Source: a virus (Duplodnaviria; Caudoviricetes). From it: a DNA stretch of 64,000 bases. The notes below the pieces were generated by a model. It had not been told where the DNA came from, searched no databases, and was given only the letters and a program-made list of their open reading frames with translations. A program made the position numbers and the translations under genes. Below are positions 49,835-59,785 of this stretch, piece by piece (the stretch's first letter is position 1; each line of letters starts with the position of its first letter). The stretch lies in IMG/VR virus record IMGVR_UViG_3300037067_021710, one strand, 5' to 3'.

Positions 49835-51088
49835 TTAATACTCCTGCTTTAATCTAATTTTAGGTTTATTAGTTTTATAGATACTTTGTTGTATGATAGG
49901 TTGAGCAGCAATATTTTTTATATCAGGAATATATTTAAAATTAGAAACAATATCCAAACCCAAAATCATTGTTGGCCATCCAATACAGTCAAGTAGTTTA
50001 GACTCAGTTTTAATTGGCAATACTTTAGGAATTAAACTCTTTAAAAGATCATTAGCGAGCCTATATTCACGTTCAGTTATTTTTTCTATTTGATGGCTCA
50101 TACAATACCAATGCTTCTGATCTCCAAAAGAACTTATTTCTAAAGAATTACGGCTATGATCATCTACAATAATTCCAACAGTCCCAATACGACGACCAAC
50201 ACAAGAAATATTTTTTACATAATCTCCAGTTTTAAAAATTGGAGAACTATATAGTTGAATTGAAGTAATAGGAAAATTATGGTCAGGAAATTCTCCTAAA
50301 AATTCTTTAGCTTGAAATAAAGAGCTATGACAACCTGCGTATTTATGAAAAGTGCATACATCACCTTCCTTTACTAAAGGACCACCAATAACACTATGGC
50401 CCCAACTCGCTGTAAAAATAATTTTATCACCTTTTTTAAATATAGGTTGAGGGGTACATTTTTTAATTTTAGATATATGGATAGGATTATTAGGAAACTC
50501 TTTAAGATAAATAATACTAGAATTCATATCATAACGATCAAAAGTTAGTTTTTGGTCTTTTTCAACACTGATGGTTGGGTTAGTGTTAGGAGCGATAAAT
50601 TCAACTAAATCACCTTTTTCAAATATACCACATTCTGACAAATCTTCTTCAACTTTCTTTAAAGATTCTGGTGCATAATAAAACCAACGATTAATTTCTT
50701 TAAAATAAACTTTTAAATTAATAGCACTAGTACTAGTACTACTAGTTACGCACTGTTGTACTACTCCGATTTGCCCGATAGTTATATCCATATCAGAAAT
50801 CCATGGAAAAACGTTAACATCTAATATTTGAACTTTATCACCTATTTGAAATTCTGAAGTATGCCTTATTGTACCCGGTCTTGAAACTAATTTAACCGAA
50901 TACTCACCAAACCGATAAACTTTATCTAATTTTACAATAACTAGTCTTTCATTAGTTGTACTATTATTCCCTTTTTTAATTTCAAGTATGGGACCTTTAA
51001 GACCAACACATTCTTTATGCATTGCTCGAGGACGGATTTCAACTATATCTCCTACTTGAACAATTGCACTAGATTTTTTATTACTCAT
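49835..51088 (-). CDS. Protein with five SH3/KOW-like repeats and C-terminal PKIRLKQEY tag
   Basis: VQVGDIV, FQIGDKV, FEKGDLV, FKKGDKI, FKTGDYV. Confidence 0.65.
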   Translation of the reverse strand: MSNKKSSAIVQVGDIVEIRPRAMHKECVGLKGPILEIKKGNNSTTNERLVIVKLDKVYRFGEYSVKLVSRPGTIRHTSEFQIGDKVQILDVNVFPWISDMDITIGQIGVVQQCVTSSTSTSAINLKVYFKEINRWFYYAPESLKKVEEDLSECGIFEKGDLVEFIAPNTNPTISVEKDQKLTFDRYDMNSSIIYLKEFPNNPIHISKIKKCTPQPIFKKGDKIIFTASWGHSVIGGPLVKEGDVCTFHKYAGCHSSLFQAKEFLGEFPDHNFPITSIQLYSSPIFKTGDYVKNISCVGRRIGTVGIIVDDHSRNSLEISSFGDQKHWYCMSHQIEKITEREYRLANDLLKSLIPKVLPIKTESKLLDCIGWPTMILGLDIVSNFKYIPDIKNIAAQPIIQQSIYKTNKPKIRLKQEY

Positions 51089-51127
51089 AAATAACTTCTT
51101 CTCCTTAATTGATTAGTATCATATTAT

Positions 51128-51153
51128 ATACAAAACCAAAAGCTTTTTATAAC
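51128..51153 (-). promoter_or_regulatory. Bipartite promoter motif GTTAT-N15-TTGTAT
   Basis: Intergenic, upstream of 51088. Confidence 0.65.
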
Positions 51154-51302
51154 TATTTTTCTAAGTAACCTTACTACACACCCCATATGATATGTTTTCA
51201 TTTTTCCATTACCATTTCTATAAGGTAATTCAATAAGCCAGTCATTAGGATTTTCAGATAAAGAGTTTATTTCATTATAGCATATATTGCAAACTACTTG
51301 TT

Positions 51303-51854
51303 TTATAGTGGTTTAAGCTCCTTAGTAATTAAGTCTATTCTCTCTGATAAATCTGGCCCTATAGCTAAACAAGTTATAGTTGGTTTATTTACTTTGCCGG
51401 TTCCATTACAATTTTTACATTCAATAGGCATACCATAACCATTATGAAAAGACCCCTTACCTTCACAATCAAGGCATGTCTCTTTAAATTCTGTATTACC
51501 GTTATCAGTAATAATAGCATTAATTATACCAACTTCTTCAGCTTGTTTTTGTAAGGAAAGAAGACTCTCTAATGAATCAACTCCAACAACTATTTTAGCA
51601 AAAGAACCTTCCATCCATTCTAACATTGGATCATTTTTACCAAAAAGTAATTGCTTCTTAATTAAAGGAGTCATTATATACCCAGAACATTTTTTCTGTT
51701 GTTCGTCTAATTGAAACACAGGAAGTTCATTTTCTTCTGTACTCATTTTATCAAAAAACACTTTCATTGAAGCATGAGCACCTTGAGCAATCATTTTGCC
51801 CTTTCTCATGTTAAGATCAGTACGCATTATAATGACTTGCTTTGTAGTGTACAT
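51303..51854 (-). CDS. pth2: Peptidyl-tRNA hydrolase, Pth2 family, with inserted CxxCxGxG zinc finger
   Basis: RTDLNMRKGKMIAQGAHA, KIVV, ITDNGNTEF, TCLAIGP. Confidence 0.9.
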   Translation of the reverse strand: MYTTKQVIIMRTDLNMRKGKMIAQGAHASMKVFFDKMSTEENELPVFQLDEQQKKCSGYIMTPLIKKQLLFGKNDPMLEWMEGSFAKIVVGVDSLESLLSLQKQAEEVGIINAIITDNGNTEFKETCLDCEGKGSFHNGYGMPIECKNCNGTGKVNKPTITCLAIGPDLSERIDLITKELKPL

Positions 51855-52595
51855 TGTAGGTTACTCACCGAAATATTTGTATTTATATTATATCCTAAAT
51901 TATTCTCACCTTTAACAGAAACAAATTCAATAAAATGTGGGCCCTTTATGCCATAAATGTAAAGTACAGCATCATCTGGGATATCTTCTAATTCTTTAAT
52001 AAGTTCTCTTTTAGTTAAAAACATTAAATTATTCTCCTACAAAACCCAAACCAATTACCTCTGCTTTTTCTATTATATACAAAATGTAAGTTAAACTAAA
52101 CCATTTTAAAAACCAAAGAGGGAATTTCTTAAGTTTATTTCGGCCTACTACCTTAAATAGAATCTTATGACTTAAAGGTTGTTTAAACCTTTTTGTCTCA
52201 ATAAGTATTTTCGAGTTATTAGCCACTTAGAAACTTCCTAATTATCGTCTTGTAGACCAAGCAGTTACTATATTGCTTTTATTTATTTGAAATACAATAT
52301 GTTTGTACTTATAAGAGTTAAAGCAGAATTCCTTATCAACATCTAATGTATAACATTTTAAATCTTTCTCAAGCCCAAACATATAGATGTCAAAATCAAT
52401 ATATTTATAATAAGCATTACCTTCATTGGGGTCTATATATGATATGTTATAATTAGATCCAAAAGTCAGTATTACTCTATCTATAGATTCTCCAATAAAA
52501 CTATCCATAACTTGTTTAAATTGTTGGGGACTTGAATCAGAACAACAACCACAATAAAATAATGTAAAAACTAAAAGAAACAATACTTTTTTCAT
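51827..52595 (-). CDS. Small hypothetical genes (51827-52024, 52029-52226, lipoprotein 52242-52595)
   Basis: ORF track; signal peptide plus Cys in the last. Confidence 0.6.
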
Positions 52596-52611
52596 TATTC
52601 ATCTCCTGTTA

Positions 52612-52902
52612 TTAACCATTTTCAAATAACCATTTAGGATTATCATCAATCCATAAGTCGGGTTTTATACCAAATTTTAATAACCAAGGCAATTTGGCCT
52701 GCCTTCCAGTATAAAAAACTGAAATATTTTTCTTATAAAATGTTCTTAAACCAGCATCTTCTTCAGATTCACATCTCATAGTTGCTACAATAACTCTATA
52801 CCCTAAAGCTTGAGATTTTTCAATAATCATATCAAACAACTCAGGGAATTCAGTATAACTACCATCATAATCTAAGCATATTATTTTCATATTACCTCTC
52901 AT
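52612..52902 (-). CDS. Minimal HAD-like phosphatase
   Basis: LDYDGS, ATMR, K, WIDDNP. Confidence 0.75.
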   Translation of the reverse strand: MRGNMKIICLDYDGSYTEFPELFDMIIEKSQALGYRVIVATMRCESEEDAGLRTFYKKNISVFYTGRQAKLPWLLKFGIKPDLWIDDNPKWLFENG

Positions 52903-52927
52903 AAATTCACTGGGCTGATATTTTAAG

Positions 52928-53317
52928 TTAGTCTAAAGAAACACTTCCATGACACATTTCACTTTGCCAGCTTGACTTATACTCATCTTTATAATTGTAC
53001 CCAATTGTATTTTTTATGAAAAAAGTATATAGTCTCATAATAAAACTTTTAGGTTTTATTATAGCATAAATCTCTCTACCATAATCTATAAATTCTTTAT
53101 CTAATTTACGAAGTTCTTTTAAACTATTAATTAAAACTGTTTTTGGTTCAAACTCCAAACAGCCTCTATATTCTCTACCCGGTTTATCTGCTATAAGATC
53201 ATCACAAAGAGCTGAATTTGCACAGTAATCGTGGCATATATGTTTCTTCTGCTTTTCTAATTCAATAGACTCATATAATTCTTTCTCTTTGAGTTCTTTG
53301 ATCTGAAACTTATTCAT
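52928..53317 (-). CDS. Hypothetical protein
   Basis: AGGAG RBS. Confidence 0.65.
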   Translation of the reverse strand: MNKFQIKELKEKELYESIELEKQKKHICHDYCANSALCDDLIADKPGREYRGCLEFEPKTVLINSLKELRKLDKEFIDYGREIYAIIKPKSFIMRLYTFFIKNTIGYNYKDEYKSSWQSEMCHGSVSLD

Positions 53318-53347
53318 ATAAAATTTCTCCTAATAAGCTAATAAAAA

Positions 53348-53436
53348 AGACTATATAGGGTTAAGCACTCAACAGAGCCAATCAAGCACACTTCTAGGAA
53401 GCATTAACCCCAAGCGATTGGAACTTTATATAGTCT
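53348..53436 (-). ncRNA. Structured RNA element at the 3' end of the tRNA cluster
   Basis: Closing stem AGACTATATA/TATATAGTCT plus U-run; internal GGGTTAA/TTAACCC and CCAATC/GATTGG complementarity. Confidence 0.4.
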
Positions 53437-53440
53437 TATG

Positions 53441-53513
53441 CTCTGTGAGCTAGACTCGAACTAGCGACCCTTTGATTAACAGTCAAATGCTCTACCAACT
53501 GAGCTATCACAGA
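53441..53513 (-). tRNA. tRNA-Asn(GTT)
   Basis: Full cloverleaf; TTTGA-CTGTTAA-TCAAA anticodon arm; GTTCGA T-loop. Confidence 0.92.
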
Positions 53514-53518
53514 ATATT

Positions 53519-53590
53519 GGGGGTGACTGGGATTCGAACCCAGAACTTTGCCTTTGTGAGGTAATGTTTTATCCAATAAACTATCTCCCC
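53519..53590 (-). tRNA. Atypical tRNA (loop TCACAAA; ACA or CAC anticodon ambiguous)
   Basis: Normal D and T arms; one mismatch each in acceptor and anticodon stems; C at position 33. Confidence 0.55.
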
Positions 53591-53642
53591 CGAAATAATT
53601 ACTGGGTCACTCTCCCAGCAGATTCTTTATTGACGTTGGACT

Positions 53643-53736
53643 TGAATGGGGCACGATTCGAACGTGCGTTTTAATAGCAGGTGGTGATTTAATAATTTTC
53701 CCCACTATATGCGATTGACCTCTCCGCCACCCATTC
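53643..53736 (-). ncRNA. tRNA-like RNA with extended non-canonical anticodon arm
   Basis: Acceptor GAATGGG/CCCATTC; T arm GCACG-TTCGAAT-CGTGC. Confidence 0.65.
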
Positions 53737-53860
53737 TAATGCCAGTACTTTCCTGGCTGTCAGATTTTATGAGGGTTTAATCAGTTATCTCTGAAAATAC
53801 CAGCCCTACATTCTGTCAAGGTCTTTTGCTATCCTTGAGCTTCGGTACCTAAAGAGCATT

Positions 53861-53986
53861 GAAATTAGGCAGGATTCGAACCTGCTTACACCGTCGTGTA
53901 TGGGTTTTGATCTTTTCGGGTCCTTTGATCGTCATCGTTGGATTGCCCGTTTCCCATTGTGTCTGCCAAATTCCACCACTAATTTC
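53861..53986 (-). ncRNA. tRNA-Leu-like RNA with a 48 nt insert replacing the anticodon loop
   Basis: GAAATTAG/CTAATTTC; D arm GTGGAATTTGGCAGACAC; ATGGG/CCCAT stem; long variable arm; GCAGG-TTCGAAT-CCTGC. Confidence 0.7.
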
Positions 53987-53990
53987 ACTT

Positions 53991-54045
53991 TGGATTGTAT
54001 GAGAGTCGAACTCATCTGTACTTCTATCCCTCGATAAAACAACCC
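53991..54045 (-). ncRNA. Minimal tRNA-like RNA (acceptor, one hairpin, T arm)
   Basis: GGGTTGT/ACAATCC; ATGAG-TTCGACT-CTCAT. Confidence 0.55.
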
Positions 54046-54052
54046 TTTAATA

Positions 54053-54092
54053 AATAACCTAGACATTTTCTATAATAAATGTCTAGGTTATT
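54053..54092 (-). terminator. Strong hairpin, probable terminator
   Basis: AATAACCTAGACATTT/AAATGTCTAGGTTATT 16 bp stem. Confidence 0.7.
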
Positions 54093-54115
54093 GTTTTAAA
54101 ATTTTAAAACTTTCC

Positions 54116-54652
54116 TCAGTCCTCAGTATCAACAATCTTCATTTCTTTTCCAAACATAATAGCATACTCAGTTTTAATTATGTCTTGAATAGATTTGCAC
54201 TGGTCAATATACTGAGCCTGTTCAATAAGATTATTAATATCAAACTTGTCAAAATTTGAACGAAGTTCTGTAAGAGACTTTTCTTTATCAAGAATCTTAC
54301 TTGCAGCGTCATCATATGCAGCTTGATATTTAGTCTTAAGTCCCCGTTTCACCATTGGCCTCTTAGCAGCATCAAGAACTGCTTGACCCATTCCATATAC
54401 TTTGTCGAAAAAACCTTCACTCATACTATCATCTCCTTTATTAGATTTATTTTTTATGCTTTTAGAAGTTTGTAAAAACCCTATATCATCGTCATTTGAT
54501 AAAAATAAAGCTGCATAATGCATTCTAATATCTGGCCCTTGTTTACAAAGTTTTAAAGATATAGGGCAGTTAATGTCACACATTAAACTTACACAAGTTT
54601 TACCATTAGAATTTAGTATATCTTCAAGACCAGCTTTTATTTTTTCATTCAT
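54116..54652 (-). CDS. Cys-rich module fused in frame to a helical protein with a likely own start at 54424
   Basis: N-terminus paralogous to 54662-55123; internal AAGGAG RBS before MSEGFF. Confidence 0.6.
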   Translation of the reverse strand: MNEKIKAGLEDILNSNGKTCVSLMCDINCPISLKLCKQGPDIRMHYAALFLSNDDDIGFLQTSKSIKNKSNKGDDSMSEGFFDKVYGMGQAVLDAAKRPMVKRGLKTKYQAAYDDAASKILDKEKSLTELRSNFDKFDINNLIEQAQYIDQCKSIQDIIKTEYAIMFGKEMKIVDTED

Positions 54653-54661
54653 ACTATACTT

Positions 54662-55123
54662 TTAATATGTTTGTTTTAATTTAATTTTCGGCAATATAAA
54701 TAAACTGCTTTTAAGTAATATAACCTTTGAAGGTTCTAAAACTGCTTGTATATCAAAACCTGTAGTTGATAATAACGGCAAACCAAGTTGTTCACTATAT
54801 ATTCGTCGAGCTTCTCTTAAACGAAGTATTGGGCCTTCAATGCAAAAACTTTTTAAAGGGCAAGTTTCAATTGTACAAAATCTCCCTGGAGCTTTACAAT
54901 TTATACCTTTACTATCAATAATACTTTTAAGAATTTCTACAGGAAAGGCTTTTTCAATTTTCTTTTGATTAGCTAATAATTCTTTAGCTTTTTGTATTCT
55001 AGCTTTAGGCCCATATCTACAATTATCTGGAGTTATAGGGCACTTATGGCAAATTAATTTTTCACAAGTTGTGCCATTAGAAGCTATAATGTCTTCAAGA
55101 CCTTTTATTATTTCTTCATTCAT
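54662..55123 (-). CDS. Protein with two Cys-rich modules and C-terminal PKIKLKQTY tag
   Basis: [IL]..II.S.G..C...C..CP...C..GP..R twice. Confidence 0.65.
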   Translation of the reverse strand: MNEEIIKGLEDIIASNGTTCEKLICHKCPITPDNCRYGPKARIQKAKELLANQKKIEKAFPVEILKSIIDSKGINCKAPGRFCTIETCPLKSFCIEGPILRLREARRIYSEQLGLPLLSTTGFDIQAVLEPSKVILLKSSLFILPKIKLKQTY

Positions 55124-55132
55124 AAGTAGCTC

Positions 55133-55819
55133 CTAATAAACTTGTTTTAGTTTTATTTTTGGCTTATTTATATTATACAAATCTGATCGTAAAAATGAAC
55201 TTTTTTCTATACAACCACTTTTAAATGTCGGTCCACTTACTAGTTCCTGATATCCAGAATTCTTCCAATCATTAGATAGTTTCATATCATAGAAAGGTAC
55301 AGAATCCTCTGGTATAGTAAGAATCATATTTGGATATATAATCCATTTATCAATTCCTTGTTTCTCATTGGGACTTAGCTCTCGGCCAAAAAGATAATCC
55401 ATACTATTAAAAGTAGTCCAGTCAATTTCTATTCTCCAATTGGGTCCAAATTCTTTTTCAAATTCTTCTTTAGTTTTAATTCGATATCGTTTAGTTTTGG
55501 GGGCATATTGAGAAAAATTATTACAGTGTTGACAACCCTCATTTAAACTCTGCTGCCATTTACAATCTGTTTTTATGCACCCTCTTTGTTCAAAGCCCTT
55601 GTAATTATTTTCAAGGCAAAAGGCAGCATATCCTTTATCTTTATTGCAGAAGTTTTCAGTTTTTTCATTATAATATTTACAAAAAACTCTATCACAAAGA
55701 TTTTCATTATATAGTCTTTTAAAGCTTACAATGTCTTTATTCAAAGTGGCTATTTTATCATTAAATTTTTGATACCCAAACATCGTATTCTCCTCAAAAT
55801 TAGTATAAATATAATACAA
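55133..55819 (-). CDS. Cys-rich protein with C-terminal PKIKLKQVY tag (start probably 55783)
   Basis: GAGGAG RBS before MFGYQ. Confidence 0.65.
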   Translation of the reverse strand: MYYIYTNFEENTMFGYQKFNDKIATLNKDIVSFKRLYNENLCDRVFCKYYNEKTENFCNKDKGYAAFCLENNYKGFEQRGCIKTDCKWQQSLNEGCQHCNNFSQYAPKTKRYRIKTKEEFEKEFGPNWRIEIDWTTFNSMDYLFGRELSPNEKQGIDKWIIYPNMILTIPEDSVPFYDMKLSNDWKNSGYQELVSGPTFKSGCIEKSSFLRSDLYNINKPKIKLKQVY

Positions 55820-55839
55820 AACTAATAAGAATAAATAAC
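55814..55839 (-). promoter_or_regulatory. Bipartite promoter motif GTTAT-N15-TTGTAT
   Basis: Exact spacing. Confidence 0.65.
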
Positions 55840-55852
55840 TATTTTATTGAAA

Positions 55853-57455
55853 CTAAAGATCAATAATAAAAGCATGCCCACAATAAGGGCATTCTACCAT
55901 ATTCCAAGACACTCTTTGCCCTAGTGCATTATAAAATACTGGTTCATAAGAAAACTCTTTATGGCATGAATGACAATGTGTATTATTAATTATAGAGTCT
56001 TTCTTATGAAACCAATTAAAAAATTTCATTATATTATTTCTCAAAAATCGATATAGCATCCTCAAGATTTGCTATTCCAGATTTAACCTCTTGAAGGTCT
56101 TTCTTAATATCTCTACCACGTTTAGCATTTTTTGTTTCTTTATACTTCAGCATTACAGCCTTTGTAAAATAAGGTTTTAGTATTTCACATTCAGTCTCTA
56201 CTACTTTAGCCCCATCAATTTTAATAGAATCAGCTAAATCGCAAATGTCTTTTTGAAGATCATAACTTCTTTCAAGACATTCATTCATAACATCAAAAAC
56301 TGTTCCAAATTTATTTGACGGTTCTTGTTCAGGGTATAGTTGAGTCCAGGCATGTATAAATTTCTTATAGTCTTTTTTATCATGTTTGTAATCTTCATGA
56401 ATTTCTTCATTTATAATAGGTTCAGCAATTGTAATAGTAATACCAGCTTTTTTAAGATATGAATCAATTCGATCAAACCAACCTAAAAACTGAAACCACT
56501 TAATAATAGCAATAAACTTATCAAGAAATACATGCAACTTAGGTGGAGAATCTTCATTAGGGTACCCACCTTTATAATAATTCATATCATGAATTTGTTT
56601 GTACTCTCGGGGTGATATACCACAAAGATAAAACGCTATCTTTTGAAGCGGATTCATACCTTTCTTATATAAATCATCATTAATTTCACGACGTACTTTT
56701 GAACACTCATCCACTTTGTCTACATATAAAGCTCTTTGTTGCATACTATTACTCCTAAAATTTAATATAATTCCACATTAATCATTTTCCAAGTCTCATG
56801 AAATACTGTAAAACACTTATCACATTTTGTTAGTTTAATTGTTGTTGAAATAAGAGGGTCCCAAAGCTTACCACCACATAAAGGACATGTATAAGGATCT
56901 TTTAAATATGCTTGCTTTTGCTTAGGTGATAATTTAGCCAATTATACGCCACCATATAAAACCAGCAACCACCATCATAATACTTAATACTAATGCTTCT
57001 GGCCAATTCATAATAATTCTCCTTTATAGGGTAATAATACAAATCTACAATTAAAAAGAAACCAATTTTATGATATGTTTAAGAAAATCATACCCTATTA
57101 CAAAAGTAAGATAAATCATAAAGATACATATTACAGTTAAAACAACGTCAATTGTGGTGAATCTGGGTGCTTTTGATGATGATATACGCTCTTCCCATAT
57201 AGCTTTTATAGTAGACTTTTCAAAATATTCCCTAATTCTATCAAAAATTTCAAGGGCCCATAATAAACAATCTTTTAAAAACAACTTACTTCTATATTTA
57301 TAATAGCTGATTTTTGTTGAAGATATAGAAGCCGATTCTAAGGTATATTTACCACATCGAAGACAAACACGATTTGCAATTTTATAATCTTGATATAGAC
57401 TATAGAAAGGAACGCCCCATTCATGGCCTTTTATAAAACATAGTATTCGTTTCAT
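55853..57455 (-). CDS. Hypothetical genes (55853-56065 Zn ribbon; 56034-56744; 57051-57455 membrane)
   Basis: ORF track. Confidence 0.6.
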
Positions 57456-57599
57456 ACTATTGCCTCCACTTCGAATGTCTCAAACCACCCTTGATAATAT
57501 ACACCATTGCTAAAATATGATATCTCAAGAGTCATATATTGACCTCTATAGCAAATTGCAGTTATATATCCATCAAGTTCCAATAATTTAATTTTAACT

Positions 57600-59280
57600 T
57601 TGTCACCAAATTTCATTCATTTCACCTCCTCGATGCGGGATATGGCGGCATTTATTTTCTTACAAAACTCCAATTCTGTTTGCCCCGGCTTTTTGATTAT
57701 AGATATCAGTTCATCCCTCTCCCCTGTGACGCGGGCGAGGGTGGATTGCAATTCACTTATCGGAACATATTCTATGTCATCACAATCTGAACCATAATTT
57801 GAAAGGTGATTGCATTTTCCGTCCCCGTAATAATTCACACATTCTTTTTTGCCTGTTTCTGAAAACTCACTCGACAAACAACACATATAAAGATGGCCCG
57901 TCATGTCTCATCCCTCCCTGCCGGTTGCGGCGGTAATTTCGTCTATGGTCTGGCCCGGCGTATGCTTATTCATGGGCGGCCTCCGATAGAATTGTTTCTT
58001 TTATGACTTTGACGCTATACGGATTTTCCATCTTCCGTAATGCCTCATGTCTATCTTCCGCCTCAACCTCAAATAACTGCTCAACTATTCTTTTTATCGT
58101 GTAGGTGTTCATTCCCCTGCCTCCTTAATGATGGATTGCCACGCGCTCCAATCTATACACGCTCTACATTTGTGCAACAATTCCTCCGCCGCCACCCTGC
58201 GCCGATGCTCGAGGTCGTAGAGGCGCTTGTAATCGATGGCCTCGACGTATTCCTTGCACGCATCACATCCATTAACATAGTCAGCCATATTACAATCATC
58301 ACCTTCGGCGAGATTATGGATGCATTTTAAATTGGGGTATTCAGTCATGTTTTTTACACTCCGAACTTACAACTTTTCCATACGGTTTCCAGTAACCACA
58401 CCTGCAAAACCAATACCTGAGATCTATAATATTCATAACTAAGCAATATAAAGCAGAACGATTTTTACCCATATCACCCCTCCTTGATCTTATTGAGGGC
58501 GGCGATATCATCTATCGTGTTTCCATCCGGGTCAATCCCAAGTTCCCGACATAATTTATACGATGCACCAGAACCGCAACCGAATAGTTCTTGAATCATC
58601 CAAGTATTGCGCGTGCGTTTATTCCACGCCTTACTCATTAAACGCCGCATATTAGATAATACAATTATACGCTCTGCCTTATACCGGTCGCGCTCGGCGG
58701 TGAATAGAATAATTTCAGCTATTAGGGATTCCGCTTGTTCCCTATCGTGTTCATACCACCGAGTACAATGACAGGTAGATAATTCCTGGAGCCATTCAAT
58801 TGGTGTTTTACTATCCATCCCCTTCCTCCTTACGCCCGTGGGCGGGTGTTAATCTTTTTATCTATCAAGTAATTTTTATAATGCCAGTCTACATCAGCAC
58901 GTTCGGAAATCGATAAATCTCCATACGGTTTCCCGCCGTGTCTGCTATACCATATTTCAAAATCAGTCCTTTCGTCATAATTGTAATCATAATCTTCGTA
59001 TGTTCCTTCCCCCATATCGCTACTCCCCCTTCCCCTCGGGCGGGGCGGGTAACAATGTTTTTATTTTTGAAATTAGCATATTATAGTCTATCTCTATAAT
59101 GTGCCCCGAAAAACCCTGCCCCTCTTTGGTGTAATTATTTGCGTCAATAAAATTGATCAATTCCTCCCGCACGTCACGCCAGCCGGGGGCGGGGATGTTT
59201 CCAACCCGATCAACACAACATTTTTTAACAGTACAGCAGTCTACTTTTGTTTTATCGTAATACTTACACTTCATATAATC
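57600..59280 (-). other. Higher-GC cassette of small genes (57617-57904, 58109-58348, 58474-58818, 58830-59015, 59020-59274)
   Basis: Abrupt abundance of CCG/CGG/GCG and G/C-ending codons relative to both flanks. Confidence 0.7.
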
Positions 59281-59785
59281 CCTGCCTTTGTTCCCTTACT
59301 TATAACATCAAGTGCTTTTTCCATTAAATCGTCTTCTACAAAAAATATATCAACACCATTCCCAACAGCATCATGAGCGATATTATGTATAAGTTGACCC
59401 AATCTTAAATCAGGGTTTGTTTTCCAAACAGCCCTTAACTTATTTATAATTTTATCTATTCTTTTTGGGTCTCTCATAAAGGTCTCCTTATAAATAACAA
59501 ATTTTATATTGAATTTTTTAAATCTTCTAAAGAACCAAAAGCATCAACTTCATTGAATTCTCCATGGCAAGTAGCATAATGTTTTCTAGTTGCTCCAAAT
59601 CTATTCTCAAAATTTGCTTTACTATTACTAGGGTTCGCCTTAACATTATCAACATAACATCTTGATAACACTGAAGCTGAATGCACTTTATTATTTTTTA
59701 AATAATAAATTACTTGCCCTAAATTAAATTTAAACATAGGGTTCTCCTTTGAAATTTTTACTATAAAATAAAGTCCATCCACCAA
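59271..59785 (-). CDS. Two hypothetical genes (59271-59477 MRDPKRID...PDLRLGQL type; 59504-59737)
   Basis: AGGAG RBSs. Confidence 0.65.

Noticed and set aside
53861-53986. Group I intron in the Leu-like tRNA
   Set aside because: The 48 nt insert is far too short and I see no group I core elements.
56034-56744. Similarity of the C-terminal part to DsbA/GapR-like DNA-binding proteins
   Set aside because: Only a vague helical pattern; cannot be supported without a profile search.
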